Shown here: one piece after another, positions 18,293 through 27,558 of the stretch
How positions within the stretch are numbered: the stretch's first letter is position 1
How the letters are laid out: every line of letters begins with the position of its first letter
From: an uncultured Thermoplasmatales archaeon
Lineage (GTDB): Archaea > Thermoplasmatota > E2 > UBA202 > DSCA01
Direction: 5' to 3'
Assembly (NCBI GenBank): GCA_964414415.1
Contig: CAYPWJ010000002.1
Coordinates: 53,300 to 108,315, forward strand
Length of the DNA: 55,016 nucleotides
Program-made: the position numbers and the translations under genes
Notes under the pieces: model-generated
Seen by the model: only the letters and a program-made list of their open reading frames with translations
The model's database searches: none
What the model was told of the DNA's origin: nothing

Positions 18293-19687
18293 TCAGCGGC
18301 CGTGCCGGTAGCGGTTCAGCGTCTTGACGTTGACGAACTCACGGAGGCCGTAGCGGGAGAGCTCCCGGCCGACCCCGCTCTTTTTTACGCCGCCGAACGG
18401 CAGCCGGGGATCCGACTTGGTGATGTGGTTGACGAAGAGGCAGCCGGCCTCAACTCGCCGCGCGACCGCCATGCCTCGCTCGCCGTCGCGGGTCCACACG
18501 CTCCCGCCGAGACCAAACCTGGAGTCGTTGGCCAGCGCCACCGCCTGCGCATCATTAGTTACGGTGAACACCGGCGCGACCGGGCCGAAGACCTCCTCAC
18601 TGGCGACGCGCATGTCCCGGGTGACGTCGGTGAGCACCGTCGGCTCAAAAAAGAAGCCCGGTCGCTCCAGCCGGCTGCCGCCCGTGACCATCGTAGCGCC
18701 TTTCTCGACAGCGTCCGCGACGAATGACTCCATCTGTCCGACCGCCTCCTCGTCGACCAGCGGGCCGACCTCGGTCGCCTCATCGGACGGGTCACCCACC
18801 GTGAGCTGCGCCATCCGCTCTGCAAACGCCTCGACGAAGCTGTCGGCGACGGCCTCGTGGACGATGAAGCGCTTCGCGGCGATGCAGCTCTGCCCGGAGT
18901 TCAGCATCCGTCCTCTCGTCGCCTGCCCGGCAACGAAATCAACGTCGACGTCGTCCAGCACGATGAACGGGTCGCTGCCGCCGAGCTCCAGCACCATTTT
19001 CTTGAGATGCCGGCCCGCCTGCGCTGCGACGGTCTGCCCCGCCGCGACGCTGCCGGTCAACGAGACACCCTGTATCACGCTGGAGGCGATGAGCTGATCC
19101 ACCGTGTCATGCCCGGCGATGACGGTGCGGAAGACATCCTCCGGGAACCCGGCCTCCTGGATCGCTGCCTCGACGGCGAGGCCGCTGCCCGTGCAGGCGC
19201 TGGCGTGCTTGAGCAGCACCGCGTTGCCCGCCAGCAGCGCCGGGACACCGCAGCGGAGCGCCTGCCAGAACGGAAAATTCCAGGGCATCACGGCCAGGAT
19301 GACACCCAGCGGTTGAAAGACAACGCGGTGGTCCAGGCCGTCCGCCTTCACTGTCTCGTCGGCCAGCCACCCCGGGGCGTCGTCGGCGTAGACGTCGGCC
19401 ATCCAGGCGCATTTCTCTATCTCGCTGCGTGCCTCCCGGATGGGCTTCCCCATCTCCCGCGTCATCAGCCCGGCATACTCCTCCGTGTTGTCCCGGAGCA
19501 CGTCGGCCAGCCGCCGGACATATGGCGCTCGCTCCGCCACGCTCAGCTCACGCCACCTGGCGGCGGCTTCCCCCGCCCGCTCCGCCACCTTGAACGCCTC
19601 CCGCCGCGACATCGTTTCATAGCTGGCGATGGGTTTCCCCGTTGCAGGGTTCACGGTTGCAAACGACATCGTCTCCTCCCTTTGCAT
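18293..19687 (-). CDS. NAD(P)+-dependent aldehyde dehydrogenase (succinate-semialdehyde dehydrogenase-like). The true start may be the Met at 19669.
   Basis: ALDH motifs: VNPATG..., catalytic region ELGGSDPFIV, SGQSCIAAKRF (catalytic Cys), FGPVAPV, GLGGSVWT. Confidence 0.85.
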   Translation of the reverse strand: MQREETMSFATVNPATGKPIASYETMSRREAFKVAERAGEAAARWRELSVAERAPYVRRLADVLRDNTEEYAGLMTREMGKPIREARSEIEKCAWMADVYADDAPGWLADETVKADGLDHRVVFQPLGVILAVMPWNFPFWQALRCGVPALLAGNAVLLKHASACTGSGLAVEAAIQEAGFPEDVFRTVIAGHDTVDQLIASSVIQGVSLTGSVAAGQTVAAQAGRHLKKMVLELGGSDPFIVLDDVDVDFVAGQATRGRMLNSGQSCIAAKRFIVHEAVADSFVEAFAERMAQLTVGDPSDEATEVGPLVDEEAVGQMESFVADAVEKGATMVTGGSRLERPGFFFEPTVLTDVTRDMRVASEEVFGPVAPVFTVTNDAQAVALANDSRFGLGGSVWTRDGERGMAVARRVEAGCLFVNHITKSDPRLPFGGVKKSGVGRELSRYGLREFVNVKTLNRYRHGR

Positions 19688-20232
19688 ATCCAGGTGACCT
19701 CATTTAATGGTTTGTTTTTTCCCCGGCGGCCGGTGGAAGGATTATATACACCCGGCGTGTTGAAGAGACAGGAGGCGCCATGGCCCGGAAAAACGCGCTC
19801 GCTCGCCTGCTGACCGGCCGCCGGCCAGCCCACGCCGGAGCGCTGCAGAAACATGGATGGCGACGGCGGGACGTCTACCGGGCACGGGCAGACAGCTCCT
19901 CCCTCCCGCCGTCTGACGGGCCATGCAGAGAGTGTGGAGAAACACACAGGAACCCCTACGAGGGCGACCCGCACTACGTCACCCCGCGGGTGCCCACCCG
20001 GGTGGCCACACACTGGGCACGCCACCACGGCATCGTGGCGCACGTGGAAACACGAGCGGCGTACGTCCACAAAAAAACGCGGACCCAGGTGGACCGGGTG
20101 CAGCTCGTCCCCTACACCGACTGGGAGACACTCCGCGTCATCCGGCCGTGACCCACGGCGTGCACCCGACAGCTGCAGGAGTCAATAGCAGGAGTCAATA
20201 CATTTTAATATTTTCAGGCCATTTTACGGGCA

Positions 20233-20739
20233 ATGAAACCGCTGGAAGACGTCTTTCCACTGCTTGGAGACATCGAAAACAAGGAACTGCGAGACAAGGT
20301 AGCGTCATGCTGGCAGCTGGCGATGGAGCGCGGCGGCTGGGACACCCTCGAGGGCATCCCGTTCACGCTGCTTTTGCCGGATGCAGGGGCGTTCACCGGT
20401 CACGTCAACCGCGTCACCGCGATGGCCGCCGCCGTCGCCGGGGAACGCGACGACCTGGACCGCGACGTGCTCATCGCCGGAGCGCTGCTCCACGACGTCG
20501 GCAAGCTCCTGGAATACGAGCGGATTGACGGCCAGGTGCGCAAGTCAGCGATGGGGCACATCATCCGGCACCCGGTGAGCGGCGCCGCGCTGGCAAGCGA
20601 AGCCGGCCTGCCCGACAGCGTCGTCAGCATCATCGCCGCGCATTCCAAGGAAGGCGAGTTCGTCGAGCGTATCCCCGAGGCAGTCGTCGTCCACCACTGC
20701 GACTTCATCGACTTCCACATCGCCAAGGGGAAACGATGA
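20233..20739 (+). CDS. HD-domain (HDIG-type) metal-dependent phosphohydrolase.
   Basis: LLHDVGK..H.....H motifs (ALLHDVGKLLEY, GHIIRHP, AAHSKEG). The stop overlaps the start of the downstream CitD-CitE fusion. Confidence 0.8.
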   Translation: MKPLEDVFPLLGDIENKELRDKVASCWQLAMERGGWDTLEGIPFTLLLPDAGAFTGHVNRVTAMAAAVAGERDDLDRDVLIAGALLHDVGKLLEYERIDGQVRKSAMGHIIRHPVSGAALASEAGLPDSVVSIIAAHSKEGEFVERIPEAVVVHHCDFIDFHIAKGKR

Positions 20740-21851
20740 TCCGCAGCGACGGCGCCGCCGGCACGGAGAACAAGCGCGACTGCCGCGTCACGGTGAGCGA
20801 GGGCTCGGGCGTCGAGATAGAGAGCAAATACGCGGGCATGTTCGGCGACCACATCGAGGCATTGATACAGCGCCGCCTCGACGAGCTGGAGACCACCGCC
20901 GCCGTCACCATCGAGGAGCGCGGCTGCTACGACTACGTCGTCCTGGCGCGGCTGGAGGCGGCGCTCCGCCGGGCCGGCGTGGAGCAGCTGTCCAACGGGA
21001 TGGTTGACCGCTCGCCGCCGCAGCGGCAGATGCGGCGCAGCCGGATGTACGTGCCGGGCAACAACCCCCGGATGCTGAACAAGGCCGGCATGTACGACGC
21101 CGACTGCCTCGTCCTCGACCTTGAGGACTCGGTCGCGGTCGACCACAAGCTCGATGCACGCTACCTCGTCAAGAACGCGCTGCAGCAGCTTGACTATGGC
21201 GGGACGGAGCTGTGGGTGCGCATCAACAAGTCGACGGCGAAGGAGGACATATCCGTCGTCAAGTACGGCAACCCGCACGGCATCTGCCTGCCCAAGGCCG
21301 AGGACCCCGAGGACGTGGTCATCCTGGAGAACATGCTCGAGGAGGAGGACCTCGATGCCCTCATCATGCCGATCGTGGAGACCGCCGCCGGCGTCCAGAA
21401 CGTCGAGGCGATCGCCGGGGCGAGCGACGCCGTTGCTGCTCTTGCCTTCGGCGCCGAGGATTACACCGCCGACGTCTGCGGCCGCCGATCCCAGGAGGCG
21501 TTGCTGCATCCACGCAGCCGCCTCGTCGTGGCGGCCCGCTCCCATGACGTCCAGCCGCTGGACACCGTCTACCCGGACGTCAACGATCTCGACGGCCTGC
21601 GCGAGGAGACCATACACATCATGGAGATGGGCTTCGACGGCAAAGGCGCCGTCCATCCCAGGCAGCTGCCGGTCATCCATGCATGCTTCACGCCGACCGA
21701 CGAGGAGGTCGAGGAGGCCAGGGATGTCATCGCCGCCGTCGAGGAAGCCCGGGAGAAGGGACTGGGGAGCGCGTCGCTCCACGGCACGATGATCGACCTG
21801 CCGGTGGAAAAACGAGCCAGGCGTATCCTCCGGCGCGCCGGCGTCGCGTGA
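20736..21851 (+). CDS. Fusion protein: N-terminal citrate lyase acyl-carrier (CitD-like, about 85 aa) plus CitE/HpcH-family citryl-CoA or malyl-CoA lyase beta-subunit domain.
   Basis: N-terminus AAGTE..FGDHIEALIQRRLDELETTAAVTIEERGCYDYVVLARLEAALRRA parallels CitD (FGD...[21 protein letters not shown]). The rest (MYVPGNNPRMLNKA...DCLVLDLEDSVA...ELWVRIN...PKAEDPEDV...IVETAAGV..FGAEDY) is CitE-like. No citF, citC, citX or citG in the window. Confidence 0.65.
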   Translation: MIRSDGAAGTENKRDCRVTVSEGSGVEIESKYAGMFGDHIEALIQRRLDELETTAAVTIEERGCYDYVVLARLEAALRRAGVEQLSNGMVDRSPPQRQMRRSRMYVPGNNPRMLNKAGMYDADCLVLDLEDSVAVDHKLDARYLVKNALQQLDYGGTELWVRINKSTAKEDISVVKYGNPHGICLPKAEDPEDVVILENMLEEEDLDALIMPIVETAAGVQNVEAIAGASDAVAALAFGAEDYTADVCGRRSQEALLHPRSRLVVAARSHDVQPLDTVYPDVNDLDGLREETIHIMEMGFDGKGAVHPRQLPVIHACFTPTDEEVEEARDVIAAVEEAREKGLGSASLHGTMIDLPVEKRARRILRRAGVA

Positions 21852-21981
21852 CCCTCTGCAAAGAGATCAAGCAGCGGACCGGCAGAGACGATATTCCCTC
21901 CTATCAGCCGGGGTGTCGACCGCGACATACGCCATGGGGCGATGAGCCAACGTTTAAATATGCCTGTATCCATGTATCACT

Positions 21982-22746
21982 ATGATTATCCCGCTCCCCG
22001 TGCTGGCGCTGCTCGTCCTCATCGTGGTTATCATCCTGGCTGCAGCCATCAAAATCGTCAGGGAATACGAGCGCGGCGTGATCTTCCGGCTGGGGCGACT
22101 CCTCGGCGCGAAAGGACCCGGCGTGTTTTTCATCATCCCCATCTTCGACAACATGATCAAGGTGGACCTCCGGGAGCACGTGCTGGACGTCCCGGCGCAG
22201 GAGGCCATCACGTCTGACAACGTCCCCGTGCGGGTCAACGCGGTCGTCTACTTCCGGGTGATGAATCCCGAGGATGCCGTGGTGCGCATCCAGAACTACA
22301 TGCAGGGCACCCAGCAGATGGCGCAGACGACCCTGCGGAGCATCATCGGCCAGGCGGAACTCGACGAGATCCTCAAGGAACGCGACCGGATAAACCAGCA
22401 GCTGCAGAGCATCCTGGACGAGGCAACCGACGAGTGGGGCGTCAAGGTCACCGCCGTCGAGATAAAGGACGTCGAGATACCCGAGTCTATGCAGCGCGCC
22501 ATGGCCAAAGCAGCCGAGTCGGAGCGCGGCCGACGTGCACGCATCATCGCCGCCGAGGGCGAACTCCAGGCGTCGGAAAAACTCGCTGAAGCGGCACGCG
22601 TGATATCGCAGCAGAAGGGCGGACTGCAGCTCCGCTTTCTGCAGACCGCGTCGGACATGGCCGAGGAAAAAAACACGACGACCATTGTGTTCCCCATCCC
22701 GGTCGAGCTCCTCCGGTTTTTTGAGAGTAAAAGCAAGGAGAAGTGA
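21982..22746 (+). CDS. SPFH/band-7 (stomatin-like) membrane protein.
   Basis: N-terminal TM segment, then [16 protein letters not shown]...[12 protein letters not shown]...[15 protein letters not shown]...[15 protein letters not shown]. Coiled-coil C-terminus. Confidence 0.85.
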   Translation: MIIPLPVLALLVLIVVIILAAAIKIVREYERGVIFRLGRLLGAKGPGVFFIIPIFDNMIKVDLREHVLDVPAQEAITSDNVPVRVNAVVYFRVMNPEDAVVRIQNYMQGTQQMAQTTLRSIIGQAELDEILKERDRINQQLQSILDEATDEWGVKVTAVEIKDVEIPESMQRAMAKAAESERGRRARIIAAEGELQASEKLAEAARVISQQKGGLQLRFLQTASDMAEEKNTTTIVFPIPVELLRFFESKSKEK

Positions 22747-22772
22747 GACCTCCAGGGCCGACAGCACCGCTG

Positions 22773-23438
22773 TTATGGCAGCAGCACGAACGACGCCGCG
22801 GCGAGGACGGCGCAGCACCCAGCGGCAGCGTAGTGCCCCAGGCGGCTGTACGACCGCTCCACCGTTCTTTTTTCCTGTGATGCATGCCACAGCAGCGGAA
22901 TCGACAGCGCCGTGACGGCCGTCGTGGTGGACAGGAGATGCCACAGGGTGAACGGCAGCGCCACGGTGTAACAGGTTGCCATGCCCGTCATGCTGTGTGG
23001 ATACCAGCCGAGCCAGCAGCCCAGGTTGGTCCATGCATCGTAGAGTAAAACGCTGCCGACGCCTATGCCGGCGATGCCGACCGGCGTCCGGGCGACGCCA
23101 TGTCGCTTTGCCGTTGCCCCGAGCAGCCCGATGAACGCGAAGCCCGTCCAGGTGAACAGAAAGATCGACGTGTTGCCGTAATACAGGTCGGTGATAGCCA
23201 TGACCGCCAGGGGGACAACGAGGCTGTAGAGGCCGCCGAGCAGGATGCCGCTGAACAGCGCCACTGCTGCAACGACGAAGAACACGTCGAGCATGAAGAC
23301 AGGCTGCGTGATGCCGTTGAGCGTCATGGTGAGCTGCGGCGCCTGAGGCAGCAGCTGGCTGAGCAGGATGCGGCCGATGACGCCTGCAGCTATGATGAGG
23401 CAGGCGGCCAGTATTTTGTGGCGTGTCTCGTCCATCAT
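22773..23438 (-). CDS. Polytopic membrane protein, possibly an ECF-transporter S (substrate-binding) component.
   Basis: About 6 predicted TM helices, Gly-rich membrane helices. Adjacent to a DUF4430-like secreted protein, a recurring pairing around ECF/cobalamin uptake systems. Confidence 0.4.
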   Translation of the reverse strand: MMDETRHKILAACLIIAAGVIGRILLSQLLPQAPQLTMTLNGITQPVFMLDVFFVVAAVALFSGILLGGLYSLVVPLAVMAITDLYYGNTSIFLFTWTGFAFIGLLGATAKRHGVARTPVGIAGIGVGSVLLYDAWTNLGCWLGWYPHSMTGMATCYTVALPFTLWHLLSTTTAVTALSIPLLWHASQEKRTVERSYSRLGHYAAAGCCAVLAAASFVLLP

Positions 23439-23478
23439 GGTTCCTCCGATATGATGAATTCAGTGTGCATATTAAATA

Positions 23479-23931
23479 TTATCCTTCAAACTGCGAGGCT
23501 TTGAACGTCCATCTGACATGGTCGCCGTTGGCAACCGGGTGCCTGTCTGCCCCGACCTCTCCGGCTGTCCCGTTGACCGTGTACTGCCAGTAGCTGTCGT
23601 TCTGGCCGTTGGCGACGCCGCCGATGGCCGTTATAAGGTGGCTGTCGTACTGGGGGTAATATGTGCTCGATATGGGGAAGGTGCCTGCCTCAGCTGCTTT
23701 GAACGTGAGTTTGTAGACGGTGGCGTTTGCGACGCTGATGGAGACGTTGTCGTAGCTCCAGGTGGTTCCGTTACCGAACGCGATGGTGACTGAGGCGTTC
23801 ATTGTCTGGTTTGCTCCTCCGCTGGAGCCGTTGTCGCTGCCGTCGTTGCTGAGGGCGTAGATGCCGACGATGACAGCCATGGCCACAAGCAGGATGACTG
23901 CTGCCGCGAGGACGCTTTTTCTCCCATCCAT
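23479..23931 (-). CDS. Small secreted or membrane-anchored DUF4430-like protein.
   Basis: N-terminal signal/anchor MDGRKSVLAAAVILLVAMAVIVGIYA, then a domain with YWQYTVNG...VANGDHVRW characteristic of DUF4430. Confidence 0.55.
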   Translation of the reverse strand: MDGRKSVLAAAVILLVAMAVIVGIYALSNDGSDNGSSGGANQTMNASVTIAFGNGTTWSYDNVSISVANATVYKLTFKAAEAGTFPISSTYYPQYDSHLITAIGGVANGQNDSYWQYTVNGTAGEVGADRHPVANGDHVRWTFKASQFEG

Positions 23932-24030
23932 CCAATCACCGTAAACTTTTTTTTACAAACGTAAAATAAATTTTTTATTTAAGGTTTGTGCTCCGGAAAC
24001 ATTTAAGAGCACCCCACCGTTGGAAGCACG

Positions 24031-24828
24031 ATGGACATCCTCCGAGAGAAATCACTGGCAACCCGGGTGCTCATCCTGCTGGAGGTCACCACCGGCCGCC
24101 ACTCACGGCTGGCATCCATCGCCGAACAGATCGGCATCACCCGGCAGGCCGTCTCCGACTACCTCAAAAAAATGCGGAACGAGAACCTCGTGCAGGCCAC
24201 CGACGGCCACTACAAGGCCACCATCAAGGGCACACAGTTCATGCATCGACACCTCCTCGACCTCAAACAATTCCTGGACGACAGCCTGGCAAAGCTCAAC
24301 ATCGTTGAAAGCGACGCAGCGCTCGCCGGCGACACAATCGCTACGGGAGACACCCTCGGTCTCTTCATGGAAGACGGCGTCCTCACCGCCTACAGCGCTC
24401 GCTCATCGACGTCGACGGGCACCGCACGCCACGACGCAGCCCCCGGCGAGGACCTTGCCATCGACGACATGGAGGGCATCATGCAGTACGAGCTCGGCGT
24501 CATCCACCTCTACGAGCTTCCCGGCCCACCTCAAGGCGGCACCCGGGCCCTGGACATCGACGGACTCACAGCGGCAGTGGACAGCGCCGCCCCGGACCGC
24601 ATCGCCACCGCCGACGTCATCGCCCGTGCAGCCCTCACCAAGGCAGGCATGTCTCCTGACATCGAGTTCGCTCCCCACCAGGCGGCCATCGAGGCTGCAC
24701 AGCGCGGCCTGGACATCGCCATCCTCGGCTGGAGCACATCCATCGAGGCAGCGCTGACCGCCATCCAGGATTTCAACAGTTCCTCGGTCGAACGCATCGC
24801 CTACCATGTCACCTCGTTCTGCCCATAA
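24031..24828 (+). CDS. Winged-helix transcriptional regulator (archaeal). N-terminal HTH with an uncharacterized C-terminal domain.
   Basis: RVLILLEVTTGRHSRLASIAEQIGITRQAVSDYLKKMRNENLV (HTH). Rest unassigned. Confidence 0.55.
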   Translation: MDILREKSLATRVLILLEVTTGRHSRLASIAEQIGITRQAVSDYLKKMRNENLVQATDGHYKATIKGTQFMHRHLLDLKQFLDDSLAKLNIVESDAALAGDTIATGDTLGLFMEDGVLTAYSARSSTSTGTARHDAAPGEDLAIDDMEGIMQYELGVIHLYELPGPPQGGTRALDIDGLTAAVDSAAPDRIATADVIARAALTKAGMSPDIEFAPHQAAIEAAQRGLDIAILGWSTSIEAALTAIQDFNSSSVERIAYHVTSFCP

Positions 24829-24857
24829 ACGTAAAAAGCCGTCGGTGATGTAGCACT

Positions 24858-26399
24858 ATGATGCTGCCTGACGTGCTTAAGGAAAGCGCCGCGTTGCACG
24901 GCGACGACCCGGCCGTTGTTTTCGATGACCGCACGATGAGCTACCGGCAGCTGGCTCACTGCGCTCGCTCCATCGCCGGGTCGCTGCACGAGATGGGTAT
25001 CCGGCACGGCGACCACGTCGCGGTGTGGATGCCGAACAACCTGGAGTATCTCCCCATCTATTTCGGCATCGCGGCGGCCGGCGCGACGATGGTGCCGATG
25101 AACACCCGCTATCGGACGCACGAGGCACGCTACATCCTCACCGACTCCGACGCCAGAGCCATCTTCATGGTCCCCCGGTTCCTCAAGATGCGGTACGACG
25201 AGATGCTCCGGGATGTAGCGCCGTCGCTGCAGCAGCTGGAGCAGGCCGTCGTGCTCGACGGCGGAGAGACGGATGTCGGGGTCCCATCGACGACCTACGA
25301 GGCCTTTCTATCCACAGGGCGGGATGCAGCGCTGCCTGACATCTCCGAAGAGGACATCTCGCAGATGCTCTACACGTCGGGCACCACCGGAAAACCAAAG
25401 GGCGTCATGCTGAGCCACGCCAATGTGTGCGACAACGCCCGGGTGACCGGCGAGGTCATGGAGACACGCCCGGGTGACCGCTACTTTGTGCCGCTGCCTC
25501 TCTTTCATTCCTTCGGGCTGGTCCTGGGCTGCCTGACACCGCTGACCTTCGGGGCGACCATCGTCCTCCAGGATGTCTTCGATGCCGAGGAAGCGCTGCG
25601 GCTCATGGAAACGCACCGGTGCACCATGAACTTCGGTGTTCCCGCCATGTTCATGATGGAGCTCGAGGCATATCGCTCCGGTGACTATGACCTTGCACTG
25701 CGGAGCGGCATGATGGGCGGTGCCCCCTGCCCCATCGAGGTCGTCAAGGGCGTCCGCCGGGAGATGGACTGCGACGTCTGCATCGGCTACGGCATCACGG
25801 AGACATCGCCGCTTATCTCGCTGACCAGGTTCGGCGACGACGACCAAAAGCGGGCGGAGACCGTCGGCCTTCCATTGCCGGGCGTCGAGGTCAAGGTGGT
25901 CGACGAGCAACGCCGGCCGCTGCCGCCGGGCGAGATCGGAGAGATCGCCATCCGCGGCAACGTCATGCAGGGCTACTACGGGATGCCCGAGGCGACCGAG
26001 GAGGCAATCGACGATGAGGGCTGGTACTACAGCGGCGACCTCGGCGTCATCGACAGCGACGGCTACCTGTCCATCACAGGGCGGAAAAAGGACATGATCG
26101 TCGTCGGCGGGTTCAACGTCTACCCCCGGGAGATAGAGGAGCTCCTCTTCGAGCACCCCCGGGTCAAAAATGCCGCCGTCGTCGGGGTGCCCGACGACCG
26201 CCTCGGCGAGGTCGTCACGGCCTACGTCGTGCCCGACGGCGACCTCAGCGAGAAGGCAATACAGGATTTCTTGGCGGAGAGAGTCGCCAACTTCAAGGTG
26301 CCCCGCCATGTGGCCTTCATGGAATCGCTGCCCATGACCGCCAGCGGCAAGGTGCAAAAATACAAGCTCCGGGAGAACCATGACACATCCGAGCAATGA
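24858..26399 (+). CDS. AMP-dependent synthetase/ligase (acyl-CoA synthetase, FadD-like).
   Basis: YTSGTTGKPKGVMLSHANV (AMP-binding motif), GYGITETSP, GEIAIRG, YYSGDLG, GRKKDMI, KVQK. Confidence 0.9.
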   Translation: MMLPDVLKESAALHGDDPAVVFDDRTMSYRQLAHCARSIAGSLHEMGIRHGDHVAVWMPNNLEYLPIYFGIAAAGATMVPMNTRYRTHEARYILTDSDARAIFMVPRFLKMRYDEMLRDVAPSLQQLEQAVVLDGGETDVGVPSTTYEAFLSTGRDAALPDISEEDISQMLYTSGTTGKPKGVMLSHANVCDNARVTGEVMETRPGDRYFVPLPLFHSFGLVLGCLTPLTFGATIVLQDVFDAEEALRLMETHRCTMNFGVPAMFMMELEAYRSGDYDLALRSGMMGGAPCPIEVVKGVRREMDCDVCIGYGITETSPLISLTRFGDDDQKRAETVGLPLPGVEVKVVDEQRRPLPPGEIGEIAIRGNVMQGYYGMPEATEEAIDDEGWYYSGDLGVIDSDGYLSITGRKKDMIVVGGFNVYPREIEELLFEHPRVKNAAVVGVPDDRLGEVVTAYVVPDGDLSEKAIQDFLAERVANFKVPRHVAFMESLPMTASGKVQKYKLRENHDTSEQ

Positions 26400-27558
26400 C
26401 ATTCGCGGCACCCTGTCCCGTCACCTCGACGGAAAAACCATCGTGCTCGGCGTGACCGGCAGCATCGCCGCCGTCGAGACCGTCAAGCTCGCCCGGCAGC
26501 TCATCCGGCACGGCGCCACCGTCATCCCCGTCATGACTCAGGCCGCCCGCGAGATACTGCATCCCTACGCCCTGGAGTTCGCAACCGGCATGCCGCCCGT
26601 CACGGAGCTGACCGGCGCCGTCGAGCACGTCGAGCACTGCGGCGTCCGCCCCGACAGCGCCGACATGATGCTCGTGGCGCCCTGCACGGCCAACACGCTC
26701 TCCAAGATAGCCCTCGGCATCGACGACACACCGGTAACCACCTGTGCCACCACGGCTCTGGGCTCATCCATCCCGCTCATGGTGGTCCCAGCGATGCATG
26801 CATCGATGTACGACGACGCCTTCGTCACCGACAACCTGGAGCGACTGCGCGGGCAGCACGTGGCAATCATCGACCCTCGCATGGAGGAAGGCACGGCCAA
26901 GGTCGCCACGGTCGACGCCATCGTGGCGGAGGTGCTCCGCGAGCTGGGCCCACGTGACCTGGCAGGCAGACGGGTCATCATCGTGGGCGGCGCCACCGCC
27001 GAGCCCGTCGACGACGTCAGGGTGCTCACCAACCGCTCGTCAGGCACGATGGCGCTGGCCCTCGCCACCGCCGCCCATCGACGGGGCGCCGAGGTAGAGC
27101 TCTGGCACAGCGGGCTTGCAGCGCCGGATTTCATTGGATCGCGGCGGTTCACGACCCACCGCGACGTCATCGAGCTCACAGGGGAAGCCACCCCCTGCGA
27201 CGTCCTCGTCAACTGCGCCGCCATCTCGGATTTCGTTCCCGAGCGGCACGACGGCAAGCTTGCATCAGGCCATCCCATCGACCTGCATCTCACGCCGGCG
27301 GAGCGCGTCAACCCGCATCTCCGAGACATCGCCGACGTCGCCATCTCGTTCAAGCTCGACACGTCAAAGGAGCGGGCCATCGAGCGGGCCAGGCAGCGGC
27401 TCCAGGAGGACGACTTCGATGTCATGGTGGCGAACACCACGGCGTCGCTCGGCAGCGACCGGATGGAGGCATGGCTCGTCGACTGCACCGGTCAGGTCAC
27501 GGAGGTCGAAGGCGACAAGCACATCGTCGCCGAGCGGCTGCTCGACCGGGTAGCATGA
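26380..27558 (+). CDS. coaBC: Bifunctional phosphopantothenoylcysteine decarboxylase / phosphopantothenate-cysteine ligase (CoaBC/Dfp).
   Basis: N-terminal flavoprotein domain (GKTIVLGVTGSIAAVETVKLARQL, PCTANTLSKIALGIDD). C-terminal CoaB domain (GGATAEPVDDVRVLTNRSSG). Confidence 0.85.
   Translation: MTHPSNDIRGTLSRHLDGKTIVLGVTGSIAAVETVKLARQLIRHGATVIPVMTQAAREILHPYALEFATGMPPVTELTGAVEHVEHCGVRPDSADMMLVAPCTANTLSKIALGIDDTPVTTCATTALGSSIPLMVVPAMHASMYDDAFVTDNLERLRGQHVAIIDPRMEEGTAKVATVDAIVAEVLRELGPRDLAGRRVIIVGGATAEPVDDVRVLTNRSSGTMALALATAAHRRGAEVELWHSGLAAPDFIGSRRFTTHRDVIELTGEATPCDVLVNCAAISDFVPERHDGKLASGHPIDLHLTPAERVNPHLRDIADVAISFKLDTSKERAIERARQRLQEDDFDVMVANTTASLGSDRMEAWLVDCTGQVTEVEGDKHIVAERLLDRVA

Noticed and set aside
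19651-20070. 139-aa minus-strand ORF in the 19688-20232 gene-poor region
   Set aside because: Cys/His/Arg-rich with no domain and overlapping the equally uncertain plus-strand ORF. Kept only as part of the 'gene-poor region' finding, not called as a feature.
20400-21782. 460-aa minus-strand ORF antisense to the HD and CitDE genes
   Set aside because: Antisense shadow ORF in a high-GC region, with no recognisable motifs. The sense strand carries clear HD and CitE family signatures.
21904-23034. 376-aa minus-strand ORF overlapping the SPFH gene and extending into the ECF-S-like gene
   Set aside because: It spans two well-supported genes on different strands. The composition (His/Asp/Gly/Arg-rich) fits a spurious frame.
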